A DNA stretch of 32,000 nt from Methanothermobacter thermautotrophicus str. Delta H. Its GTDB lineage: Archaea > Methanobacteriota > Methanobacteria > Methanobacteriales > Methanothermobacteraceae. Shown piece after piece: positions 8,830-17,923 of the stretch. The notes below the pieces were generated by a model. The model was not told the origin of the DNA. It saw only the letters and a list, made by a program, of their open reading frames with translations, and did not search any database. Every line of letters begins with the position of its first letter. The stretch's first letter is position 1. The translations under genes were made by a program, and so were the position numbers. The stretch lies in contig NC_000916.1 of NCBI RefSeq assembly GCF_000008645.1, positions 780,001 to 812,000 of the forward strand, given 5' to 3'.

Positions 8830-10065
8830 TCAATCCCCCAGGCCGTTCATCTTTTTGATTTCGTGGAGTAGGATGGGTATGAATGCACCCACATCTGTAA
8901 CCACGCTCACAGCCTGGGAGCTGCCCCTGTCAGAGAGCTTTGTAACGGTTGCAGGGTTTATATCCACGCATATGGTTTTAACGCGTGAGGGGAGTATGTT
9001 GCCGGTTGCGATGGAGTGGAGCATGGTGGCTATCATTATGACCATGTCCAGGTCCTGGACGTATTTCCTCATCTCATTCTGGGCCTCCATCACATCGGTT
9101 ATGACGTCAGGGAGTGGTCCGTCATCCCTTATTGAACCGGCAAGCACAAAGGGCACATCATTCTTTACGCACTCATACATTATCCCTGATGTTAGAACGC
9201 CCTGCTCCACCGCATCCCTTATTGAACCGGCGCGGTTTATCTCATTTATCGCGTTTATATGGTGCCTGTGGCCCCTGCTCACCGCCTCACCCCTATCTAT
9301 ATCAACTCCGAGGGAGGTCCCGTAGAGTGCGCATTCAATGTCATGGGTTGCCAGGGCGTTTCCGGCGAACAGGACGTCTATGAATCCCAGACGTATCATC
9401 TCTGCAATTACAGGGGCTGACCCTGTGTGTACGATGGCTGGTCCGCCGACGAGACCTATCCTTCCACCTCTCTTTTTTATCTCTGTTATTTCAGATGCGA
9501 TCTTCTTTATTGTGGTCACGAGGGGCTTCTCACTTGACACTTCACTGCCCATGAATTCGAAGACGCCCTGCTTTCCCCTGGGCCTCTCAGGGGGGACAAC
9601 CTTTATGCCCTCCCTTCCAACAACCACGAGGTCTCCCTTCTTTATCTCCCTGATGGGTTTGCAGCGGGCTGTTCTGCTCTCCGGGTCAACCACTATCATG
9701 CAGTCCATCTCTATTCCCTCAACCTCCACCCATTCACCGCCATGGTAGATGAAGGTCTGATGGTTGGTGGTGGAGTAGAAGTCGTCCGGCAGAACCCTGT
9801 CCATGGGTGCCCTCCGGAGTTCAGCCTCCTTTATCTCTGCTATGGATGCCCCTATCTCACCCAGTTCATCCAGGATCTGGTTAAGTAGTGAGGGTGTTTC
9901 CGCCTCAACAAGTATCCTTGCATGGCTTGGATCCGATTTTCTTTTACCTATATCGATTTCAAGTATCTGGAAGTCCCCGCCCATATCCATTATTATATCA
10001 AGGGCTCTGGGGAGTATTAGACTATCAATTATATGACCCCTGAGCTCCACCTCTCTTGTATTCAT
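8830..10065 (-). CDS. LOR/SDH conserved-domain protein; candidate archaeal-type ornithine cyclodeaminase
   Basis: 411 aa; N-terminal [31 protein letters not shown] and C-terminal [38 protein letters not shown]...LPDVITD typical of the family. Confidence 0.8.
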   Translation of the reverse strand: MNTREVELRGHIIDSLILPRALDIIMDMGGDFQILEIDIGKRKSDPSHARILVEAETPSLLNQILDELGEIGASIAEIKEAELRRAPMDRVLPDDFYSTTNHQTFIYHGGEWVEVEGIEMDCMIVVDPESRTARCKPIREIKKGDLVVVGREGIKVVPPERPRGKQGVFEFMGSEVSSEKPLVTTIKKIASEITEIKKRGGRIGLVGGPAIVHTGSAPVIAEMIRLGFIDVLFAGNALATHDIECALYGTSLGVDIDRGEAVSRGHRHHINAINEINRAGSIRDAVEQGVLTSGIMYECVKNDVPFVLAGSIRDDGPLPDVITDVMEAQNEMRKYVQDLDMVIMIATMLHSIATGNILPSRVKTICVDINPATVTKLSDRGSSQAVSVVTDVGAFIPILLHEIKKMNGLGD

Positions 10066-10071
10066 GATAAC

Positions 10072-10098
10072 ACCACTTGAGACTGATCATTAAGTGGT
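10072..10098 (-). promoter_or_regulatory. Inverted repeat overlapping the SD region of the LOR/SDH gene
   Basis: On the minus strand ACCACTT-13 nt-AAGTGGT, then GTTATC-ATG; the SD-like GGTG is in the 3' arm. Confidence 0.4.
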
Positions 10099-10202
10099 TG
10101 GCCTCCAAGATATAAAAATCTGCTGGAGCCATTGCTGAGATAAGAGGGATTAACTGAACTTAGATGTGGCGCGCCGGATGCAAACGGTGGGGATTTATGG
10201 AT

Positions 10203-11063
10203 TCAGAGGAGTGTTAGAATGTCGTAGATTATTTTGGCTGCGTTTACAGATGTTGGGTCAGCCATGCCACCCGATGCGACCTCAACCACATCAAGGCCCA
10301 CCACATCCTTACCTGAGAGTGCGAGGACAAGTTCCTCCATGATGTGGGGTGTGAGTCCGGCAGGTGCCGGGTTACCCACAGATGGAGCATAGGCAGGGTC
10401 AAGGACATCCATGTCCACCGAAATGTAGACCGGGCCCCGGATACCATCTATGAGTTCAATGGCACCGGCAGGGTCCCCCATGACCTCATGGGCCATGCAG
10501 AACCTGACACCCTCCTCCCCTGCAAATTCCGCCTCCTCCGATGATGCTGATCTAATACCTATCTGTATTATCTCGGCTCCAAGCTCATGGACCCTCCTCA
10601 TGACGGTGGCATGTGAGTACCTTTCTCCGGCGTAGGTATCTGCCAGGTCCATGTGGGCATCCAGGTGAACCACTGTCAGGGAATCATGTTCAGGCAGATT
10701 CTCGATCACGGGGAGGGTGACCGTATGCTCACCGCCAATTATGAGTGGTTTAAGGCCCATATCCAGGACTTCAGACACAGAGTCCCCTATGAAACCCGCT
10801 GTCTTCATGAAGTTGCCAGGGGAAACCTCAAGGTCTCCAAAATCAAAACTTTTAACCTTCACATTCTCTGAAAAACGCAGGTTGTATGCTTCAAAGCTGT
10901 ATGATGCCTCCCTGACAGCCATTGGTCCGAAACGTGCCCCCGGCACATAGCTTGTCGTGGAATCAAAGGGGACCCCCATTATTCCAAAGGAGAGTTCCGG
11001 GATCCTTTCATGGTCTGTGGTGGAAAAAGCAAATTTGAGGGGCTCATGGGTGTGGATAAGCAA
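10203..11063 (-). CDS. speB: Agmatinase
   Basis: 286 aa; ureohydrolase motifs GGEHTVTLP, VVHLDAHMDLAD, YISVDMDVLDPAYAP. Confidence 0.95.
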   Translation of the reverse strand: MLIHTHEPLKFAFSTTDHERIPELSFGIMGVPFDSTTSYVPGARFGPMAVREASYSFEAYNLRFSENVKVKSFDFGDLEVSPGNFMKTAGFIGDSVSEVLDMGLKPLIIGGEHTVTLPVIENLPEHDSLTVVHLDAHMDLADTYAGERYSHATVMRRVHELGAEIIQIGIRSASSEEAEFAGEEGVRFCMAHEVMGDPAGAIELIDGIRGPVYISVDMDVLDPAYAPSVGNPAPAGLTPHIMEELVLALSGKDVVGLDVVEVASGGMADPTSVNAAKIIYDILTLL

Positions 11064-11108
11064 TTCAGGTGTCCTTCCAGAACTGTAAAAAGAGATTTGT
11101 GTGGGTGT

Positions 11109-11501
11109 TTACCCCTTGGTCCTCATGAGTTTCCTCTGACCGAGGGCCTCGATGTACTCAACCTCGACACCCTCAACCAGCTGTTCACTCAGTTCATCAG
11201 GTATTGGCGTTTCAAAGGTCTCATAGGTTTCAAGGTCCATTAACTGGACGTCTCCACCCATTATGGCAATGACCTGAGCTGTCCTCTTGTCTATTATAGG
11301 TATGTCCACCTTTGAATCGACTGGTTTGACGAAGCTCCTCTTCTGGTTGTCGAAGATCCCCACCGCTTCCACACGGGCCTTTGCTGATCCGTGTTTGCCG
11401 GGGGATGATGTTGAGATGTTTGTGATCTTTGATGCCTCTCCATCAATGATCACGTACTTTCCAACCTTAAGCGTTTTAACTTCAACCACTTTCTTTGACA
11501 T
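11109..11501 (-). CDS. eif5A: Translation initiation factor 5A (aIF5A)
   Basis: 130 aa; hypusination loop [22 protein letters not shown]. Confidence 0.97.
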   Translation of the reverse strand: MSKKVVEVKTLKVGKYVIIDGEASKITNISTSSPGKHGSAKARVEAVGIFDNQKRSFVKPVDSKVDIPIIDKRTAQVIAIMGGDVQLMDLETYETFETPIPDELSEQLVEGVEVEYIEALGQRKLMRTKG

Positions 11502-11570
11502 TAATCTTACCTCCTGTTAGAATGAGTGATGTGGGACTTCAATGTATATCTATTAATTCAGTGGACATTA

Positions 11571-11585
11571 TATAAAAGCTTTATA
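11571..11585. promoter_or_regulatory. Candidate TATA element(s) in the divergent eif5A/pdaD intergenic region
   Basis: TATAAAAGCTTTATA: TATA-like reading in both directions within the 103-nt gap. Confidence 0.5.
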
Positions 11586-11604
11586 GGAATTCAGTAAGCT
11601 GATT

Positions 11605-12060
11605 ATGGTGATTGTAATGAAGGTTGCTATAACATCAGGTGCCGCCGAAGGACCCACAAAGCTCAATGCCTTTGACAACGCACTCTTGCAGGCTGGAATC
11701 GGAGACGTGAACCTGATAAAGGTTTCAAGCATACTCCCAAGGAACACAAGGATAGTGGAGCTGCCGGAGCTTGAACCCGGATCAATTGTGAACTGTGTCC
11801 TCTCTCACATGGTTTCAGAGAGAAGGGGTGACCTAATATCTGCTGCAGTCGCTGTGGCCACCTCCAGTGACTTCGGGTGTGTCGTTGAGAACTCCAGCGT
11901 CAACAGGGACCCTGAGGATGTGAGGAGTGAAGCCATCTCAATGGTCAGATACATGATGTCGGTGCGGGGCCTTGAAATAAAGGAATTAATAGTAGAAGAG
12001 ACAAATCATGTTGTTGAGAAATGCGGTGCTGCTGTATCTGCCGTCGTATATCTTGATTGA
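11605..12060 (+). CDS. pdaD: Pyruvoyl-dependent arginine decarboxylase
   Basis: 151 aa; conserved KVSSILP self-cleavage site region, [24 protein letters not shown] and [19 protein letters not shown]. The ATG at 11617 with a GGTGAT SD is a plausible alternative start. Confidence 0.95.
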   Translation: MVIVMKVAITSGAAEGPTKLNAFDNALLQAGIGDVNLIKVSSILPRNTRIVELPELEPGSIVNCVLSHMVSERRGDLISAAVAVATSSDFGCVVENSSVNRDPEDVRSEAISMVRYMMSVRGLEIKELIVEETNHVVEKCGAAVSAVVYLD

Positions 12061-12078
12061 AGTCAGGAAGGGGGTTTC

Positions 12079-12921
12079 ATGGAGGAATCTGATATTTACT
12101 ACTGGAAGGGTGTTGCCGTGAGAATGGCTGAGCAGGTTGAAAGGGCCGTATCTCCCCTTGTTGGGACAGAAGACGCAGGGGAGATAATCAAAATGGGGGC
12201 CGATGGCACACCCACCAAACTTATAGACCTCGTTGCGGAGGATGAAGCCGTTGGTGTCCTTGAGAGTACGGGTAGGCCTGTCACAATAATAAGTGAGGAG
12301 ATAGGTGTCCTCCACATAAACAGCGAGGGGGATGAACCCGGGATAATCTTCGTTGTGGACCCCCTGGACGGTACAAGCAACGCCATAAGGAACATACCCT
12401 TCTACGGCATATCAGTGGCTGTGGCAGAACGCCACCCCGACGGTGCAGCCCCAACCCTTAATAACGTCCTGATGGGCTTTGTTAAGAACTTCGCCACGGG
12501 GGACCTCTACTGGGCAATAAAAGGCCAGGGGGCCTTCCTCAATGAGAAAGCGATAAGCTCATCCTCACAGAGCTCCCTCGACAGGACATCCCTGGGGGCC
12601 TTCATATATGGCACGCGCTTCAGGAGGGTGGACAGCATCTGCAGGGTGATCCGGAGAATGCGTATCCTGGGATCCGTGGCCCTTGAACTGGCCTACGTTG
12701 CAAGCGGTTCCTACGACGCCTTCATGGACCTCAGGGAGAATCTCAGGATAGTTGACATAGCAGCATCCAAGCTCATTGTGGAGGAGGCAGGCGGTGTGGT
12801 GACCAATGAGAGGGGTGGAGAAATAGACGGCCTTCTGAACGTTAAGGCAAGAACATCCCTTGTTGCCGCCGGAAACCTGGAGCTCCACGAGAAGATAATG
12901 CAGACCCTGGAGGTCATATGA
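12079..12921 (+). CDS. Archaeal inositol monophosphatase / fructose-1,6-bisphosphatase family phosphatase
   Basis: 280 aa; VVDPLDGTSNAIRNIPFYG and VADIAASKLIVEEAGG-like C-terminal motif (IVDIAASKLIVEEAGGVVTN). Confidence 0.92.
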   Translation: MEESDIYYWKGVAVRMAEQVERAVSPLVGTEDAGEIIKMGADGTPTKLIDLVAEDEAVGVLESTGRPVTIISEEIGVLHINSEGDEPGIIFVVDPLDGTSNAIRNIPFYGISVAVAERHPDGAAPTLNNVLMGFVKNFATGDLYWAIKGQGAFLNEKAISSSSQSSLDRTSLGAFIYGTRFRRVDSICRVIRRMRILGSVALELAYVASGSYDAFMDLRENLRIVDIAASKLIVEEAGGVVTNERGGEIDGLLNVKARTSLVAAGNLELHEKIMQTLEVI

Positions 12922-13769
12922 TGCGCATAGGGATAATAGCCCGTTTTGATGTTGCAGAGGCCGTTGAAATCGCTGAAAGAGTGGCCTCATTCCTCCTGAA
13001 CAGGGGGGTTGAAATTACGGTTGACCTCAAGCTCACAGAGGAACTCCCACAGCTGAGGGAATACGGTGAGGACATAAGGAACATGGATGCAGACATGATA
13101 CTCACCATCGGCGGGGATGGGACAATACTCAGGACCCGGAGCCTCATAGAGGATAAGGAGATACCTATACTCGGTATAAACATGGGGACAGTTGGTTTTT
13201 TAACTGAGGTTGACCCTGAAAATGTATTCTCAGCCCTTGAAGCTGTCCTCAGGGGCGAATACGCCGTTGAGAAGAGGACCCTCCTGAGTGTCTACCACAA
13301 TGATGAGCTGCCCTCCGCCCTCAACGAGGTCGTTCTCATGACCCGTAGGCCAGCGAAGATGCTGCATATAGAGATATCTGTTGATGATGAGGTGGTTGAG
13401 GAGCTACGCGCCGACGGGATAATCATAGCAACGCCAAGTGGCTCAACAGCGTACTCGATGTCAGCAGGGGGCCCCATTGTCGACCCCAGGGTTGAAGCGT
13501 TCCTCATAGTGCCAATATGTCCCTTCAAACTCAGCGCAAGACCCCTTGTGGTTTCAAACAAGAGTGTAATCCGGGTTAAACTCCTCAGGAAGGGTAAAAA
13601 GGCCATCGCCGTTATCGACGGCCAGTATGAGGAGGAGATCAACCACATGGATGAGGTCATATTCAGGAAGTCAGAACGAAAGGCCCACTTCGTGAGGCTC
13701 AGCAAGGATTTCTACAGGAAGGTCCGTGAAAAACTCATAGAGGGCGGAATAGACTCTATAAAGGGTTAA
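12918..13769 (+). CDS. nadK: NAD kinase
   Basis: 283 aa; GGDGTILRT, NMGTVGFLTE, TPSGSTAYSMSAGGPIVDP. ATGA overlap with the upstream phosphatase gene at 12918-12921. Confidence 0.95.
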   Translation: MMRIGIIARFDVAEAVEIAERVASFLLNRGVEITVDLKLTEELPQLREYGEDIRNMDADMILTIGGDGTILRTRSLIEDKEIPILGINMGTVGFLTEVDPENVFSALEAVLRGEYAVEKRTLLSVYHNDELPSALNEVVLMTRRPAKMLHIEISVDDEVVEELRADGIIIATPSGSTAYSMSAGGPIVDPRVEAFLIVPICPFKLSARPLVVSNKSVIRVKLLRKGKKAIAVIDGQYEEEINHMDEVIFRKSERKAHFVRLSKDFYRKVREKLIEGGIDSIKG

Positions 13770-13774
13770 AGGTT

Positions 13775-15094
13775 GTGTCCATGAAATTTAACATTTCAAG
13801 GCCCCTCGTGACTGACCTCACACATGGCGGTGTCACCATTGCCCTGGAGATGAGGAAACACTTCCCTGAGGTCATGGCGTGGGACTTTTACGGCACACTC
13901 GGTGATGATGACCGTGAAATGCTCATTGAAAAAGGGGTTGATGTTGTTGAAGGACCTGTCAGTGGCTCCACAGTAATAGCACCGGTCCACTGCCCGGTCA
14001 GATCAGATTTAACCCATCATGAGATAACCGGCTGGCTCCTGGGATCCTGGAGGAGGGAGAAGGGTGTGCCGGTGGTGGAGGTGACCGGTGTTAAGGGAAA
14101 AACCAGCACCGTATGGATACTCAGGAGCATCATGGGAGACCTTGAACCCCTGGTCCTCAGCAGTCTTGGATCCTGGGCCGGTGATGAACTCCTGCGGCGG
14201 GATATAAGCATAGCACCTGCCAGCATAATTGAGACCGTGAACCTTGCAGAGCACCATGATTACGGTGCAGCCATCTTCGAGGTCTCCCTGGGTGGGACCG
14301 GCCTGGCAGATGTGGGGGTTCTAACAAACATAGCCGAGGACTACGGGATAAGGAGGGGTACCTCAAGGGCCAGCAGGGCAAAGGAGCAGATATTCAGAAG
14401 CCGGCTGGTCTGCTGCGAATACAGGGCCTTCTGGAGGCACTACAGCAGATTCCAGGAGAGGACAAACACCTTCTCAGTGAGGGACACTGAGGCCACACTC
14501 CACGTGGATGATGTGAACTACGGCCTTGAGTCAACAGAGGCCACACTAGATGCCACCGGGCTTAAAACCCTTGCCGGGGACCATCTGGATGCAGAATTCC
14601 GGATTGAAACCTTTGCACCTGCAGAACACCAGCTCTCCAATGTCCTTGCAGCTGCAAGCGCCGCCCTGACCCTCGGGTTTGATGTTGAGGATGTTCAGAG
14701 GGGTGTTAAGGACTACCATGGAATTCCAGGAAGGACCTCCATGAGACAGCTCAAGGGCACCACCATAATAGAGGAGATAAACCCGGGGCTCAACGTGCGG
14801 GCCATAGAGTACACCCTGAAAATGGCCATGGAACTTCCAGATCCCATCATCATACTCGGGGGAAGGTACGGGGTTACCTGTGAGGAGATAGATGAGGCCC
14901 GCCTCTCCGAGACACTCAGCAATTATGACCTTAAGTTCATATTCACCGATGAACTGGGGTACAGTATCATGAGGAGATCCGGCATGGATGGCATCTACTT
15001 TAAAAACCCGGAGGATGCCCTCAGGGTCGGGCTAAATCATCGTACAGTCGTTCTCATTTACCGCTCAGAGTATGGTGACCTTACAAAAAGGTAA
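13775..15094 (+). CDS. cfbE: Mur ligase-family protein, probable coenzyme F430 synthetase
   Basis: 439 aa; VEVTGVKGKTSTVWILRSI (P-loop), Mur-ligase C-terminal LEEINPGLNVRAIEYTLKMA; hemC directly downstream. Confidence 0.8.
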   Translation: MSMKFNISRPLVTDLTHGGVTIALEMRKHFPEVMAWDFYGTLGDDDREMLIEKGVDVVEGPVSGSTVIAPVHCPVRSDLTHHEITGWLLGSWRREKGVPVVEVTGVKGKTSTVWILRSIMGDLEPLVLSSLGSWAGDELLRRDISIAPASIIETVNLAEHHDYGAAIFEVSLGGTGLADVGVLTNIAEDYGIRRGTSRASRAKEQIFRSRLVCCEYRAFWRHYSRFQERTNTFSVRDTEATLHVDDVNYGLESTEATLDATGLKTLAGDHLDAEFRIETFAPAEHQLSNVLAAASAALTLGFDVEDVQRGVKDYHGIPGRTSMRQLKGTTIIEEINPGLNVRAIEYTLKMAMELPDPIIILGGRYGVTCEEIDEARLSETLSNYDLKFIFTDELGYSIMRRSGMDGIYFKNPEDALRVGLNHRTVVLIYRSEYGDLTKR

Positions 15095-15207
15095 AAACCG
15101 GTGGTAGCCATAATTATGTGATTTTTAATAAACTGGAGTTTTTGAAAAGTTATATAATAGGATACAATAAATTTCTCAAATGATTAACGTTTACTGGAGA
15201 TGATTCA

Positions 15208-16077
15208 TTGATAGCCGGAACAAGGGGGAGTCGCCTGGCGCTGGTCCAGACGAACCATGTCATCGAGATGCTCAGTGAAGTCTGCAAAGAGAAAATCGAG
15301 AAGAAGATCATAAAGACAAAGGGCGACAGGATAAGGGATTCCCAGCTCTACAGCATGGACTCAAGGGGTCTATTCACAAGGGAACTCGACATGGCGGTCC
15401 TGAATGAGGAGGTGGACCTCGCAGTCCACAGCCTGAAGGACGTCCCCAGCGACCTTGACCCTGACCTTGCCATCGCAGCCGTGCCCCCAAGGGAATCACC
15501 TGCAGAGGTCCTGGTATCCCGCCTTGACTGGGAAGATCTCCCCCAGGGTTCCAAACTTGGAACCAGCAGTCTACGCAGGGAAGCATTCTGCAACCATCAC
15601 CAAAAAAATTTTAAGATGGAGCCCCTAAGAGGAAACATAGATACAAGGATAAGGAAGGTTATGGATGGCGAGGTCCATGCAACCATAATGGCCGAGGCAG
15701 GATTAAAACGTCTCGGACTGGAGGAGCACATAAAAAGAAGGTTCCCTGTGGAATACTTCACACCTGCCGCCGGTCAGGGAGCCCTCGCAGTTATAACCAG
15801 GGCTGACAGTGAATTGATAAGCTCCATTGGGAGGATAACCCACCATCCCTCCCTGCAGGAGGTCACCGCTGAGAAGACTCTCCTCAGAGAGCTCGGTGCA
15901 GGTTGCCAGTGCCCCCTGGGTGTCATAGGAAGGGCCACTGGAAACCAGCTAACCCTCTACGCTGTTCTTCTAACCAGAGAAGGTGAAATGCTCAGGAAGG
16001 TAACCGTTAGGGGGCCTCTTGCTGAAGCAGAGGATATAGGTAAAAAAGCTGCCAAAGAAATGGAGGATTATATTTGA
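15208..16077 (+). CDS. hemC: Hydroxymethylbilane synthase (porphobilinogen deaminase)
   Basis: 289 aa; GTRGSRLALVQTNHV, HSLKDVPS, GTSSLRREA, RGNIDTRIRKV, AAGQGALAV, GCQCPLG. TTG start with GGAGATGAT SD. Confidence 0.97.
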   Translation: MIAGTRGSRLALVQTNHVIEMLSEVCKEKIEKKIIKTKGDRIRDSQLYSMDSRGLFTRELDMAVLNEEVDLAVHSLKDVPSDLDPDLAIAAVPPRESPAEVLVSRLDWEDLPQGSKLGTSSLRREAFCNHHQKNFKMEPLRGNIDTRIRKVMDGEVHATIMAEAGLKRLGLEEHIKRRFPVEYFTPAAGQGALAVITRADSELISSIGRITHHPSLQEVTAEKTLLRELGAGCQCPLGVIGRATGNQLTLYAVLLTREGEMLRKVTVRGPLAEAEDIGKKAAKEMEDYI

Positions 16078-17030
16078 GACAGATAAATGTGGGTGTAATC
16101 GGCGTTGGAGCCATGGGTTACAACCATGCCAGAGTTTACTACAGACTTAAAAATGCAAATCTTATGGCTGTATCAGACATCATGAAGGGAACACTTCAGA
16201 AGGTCGCCAACAAGTATGACACCGTTGGATACGTGGACTATGAGAACCTCCTGGAGATACCTGAGATAGAGGTTGTCAGTGTCTGCGTGCCAACCACCCA
16301 CCATTACAATGTGGTCATGGATGCCCTTGAACACGACAAACACGTCCTCGTTGAGAAGCCCATCGCATTCACCCTTGAAGAGGCAGAGGATATGGTGAAA
16401 ACGGCACGCAAAAAGGGGCTGAAGCTGGGCACGGGCCATGTTGAAAGGTTCAACCCCGCAGTTCAGAAGGCCAAGGAACTCATTGAGAACGATGTTATAG
16501 GTGACGTGGTATCTGCATCAGCGAAGAGGGTCGGACCATTCCCTCCCCGAATAAAGGACGTTGGAGTCACCATCGACCTCGCCATACACGACCTCGATGT
16601 GATGCATTACCTCTTCAGCGAACCGGTTGCAGAGGTCTACGCGGTTATGGGAAGCATACTCGAGAAGTGTGAGTACGAGGACCATGCCGAGATAATGACC
16701 AAGTTCAAAAGTGGAATCACAGGGATACTCGAGGTTAACTGGCTCACACCCTACAAGAGGAGGAAGCTGGCCATCACAGGTACAGATGGAATAATCAACG
16801 TTGACTACATAGACCAGAGGCTGGATGTCTATGGTAAATTCGCCCAGGACGTGGATATCAAACATGAGGAACCCCTGAAGAATGAGATCAAATCATTCCT
16901 CATGTCTGTTATAAATGATGAGGAGCCTGAAATAACAGGTGAGGATGGTATATACGCCCTCAGGACTGTGCTTGCAGCAATGAAGTCTGCGAGGGAGCAC
17001 AGGCCCGTGAAGGTTAATGGTGATATTTGA
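16074..17030 (+). CDS. Gfo/Idh/MocA family oxidoreductase
   Basis: 318 aa; GVIGVGAMGYNHARVY Rossmann motif, EKPIA motif, GHVERFNPA. Confidence 0.93.
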   Translation: MRQINVGVIGVGAMGYNHARVYYRLKNANLMAVSDIMKGTLQKVANKYDTVGYVDYENLLEIPEIEVVSVCVPTTHHYNVVMDALEHDKHVLVEKPIAFTLEEAEDMVKTARKKGLKLGTGHVERFNPAVQKAKELIENDVIGDVVSASAKRVGPFPPRIKDVGVTIDLAIHDLDVMHYLFSEPVAEVYAVMGSILEKCEYEDHAEIMTKFKSGITGILEVNWLTPYKRRKLAITGTDGIINVDYIDQRLDVYGKFAQDVDIKHEEPLKNEIKSFLMSVINDEEPEITGEDGIYALRTVLAAMKSAREHRPVKVNGDI

Positions 17031-17039
17031 GGTGCTTGT

Positions 17040-17648
17040 ATGGAAAATGAACTTATAAGGAAGGCCCGGGAACTCAGGAGCAGGGGATTTACAACAGGGG
17101 AAATTGCAGATGAACTGAACGTGTCTAAGGACACTGCGAGGTGGCTTACACTTCAGACCACGACCTCTGTTTCCAGGAAGGAGGCCCCTGTGGATTTCGC
17201 GATCAACTGGGAGAGCCTGGGGGGCAGTTCATCCAGGATGAGGTATGTTTCAGCCGCCATGGCAGACATGGCCCTCAAGTATGGTGTTGCGGATGTTGTT
17301 CTTGGCATCGCCATAAGCGGTGTTCCCTTCGCAACGCTGATGGCTGATGTTATGGGCGCTGAAACTGGACTGGAAACATCACTTGCAGTTTTCCACCCCG
17401 TAAAGCACAGGAAGGATGAGGGTGCAGAGGGAGCCATAAGCAGTAACTTTGCAAAGGTGAAGGGCAAGAGGGTTGTTGTTGTTGATGATGTTATAACAAG
17501 CGGCCGGACCATAGCTGAGGTGGTTGAGGTCCTCAAGAACCAGGGAGCAAAGCCCATAGCCGTCACTGTCCTCATAGACAAGAAGGGCATCTCTGAGGTT
17601 GACGGTGTGCCGGTGGAGTCACTCATAAGGGTTAGCAGGCTGGGATGA
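17040..17648 (+). CDS. HTH-phosphoribosyltransferase fusion (PyrE-like / GfcR-type regulator)
   Basis: 202 aa; N-terminal HTH ([22 protein letters not shown]) and PRPP-binding [16 protein letters not shown]. Confidence 0.88.
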
Positions 17649-17923
17649 TTTACCTTCATCTAGTCTACTAACCCTCTTGTCTCACCGAAAACTCCTTTTT
17701 TGTAATTTCCTTTAATAAAACAGAATAAATAAGTCAAAGAACTAATTTTTCCTTATTCTCTGGTTTCAGATGTCCCTGATAGAGATCCATTTATCCATCA
17801 AAACATCCATTCAGAACTGCAGGGCATTATCTGAAAATTAATCATGGATCTGACCGGTAAGATGAACATTTTTTTCTGAGCTGGGGAGTATTAATAACCT
17901 TTCATTACCCCATAGTTAATACT

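Noticed and set aside
8789-9325. 178-aa plus-strand ORF opposite the LOR/SDH gene
   Set aside because: Antisense shadow of a well-supported coding gene, with low-complexity composition and no motif.
17153-17659. 168-aa minus-strand ORF opposite the HTH-PRTase gene
   Set aside because: Shadow ORF of a conserved gene; no start context or domain.
17660-17915. Possible C/D-box or other sRNA in the gap before the UbiA-like gene
   Set aside because: Scattered CTGA and GATG strings but no properly spaced RTGATGA/CTGA boxes; not supportable without covariance or expression data.
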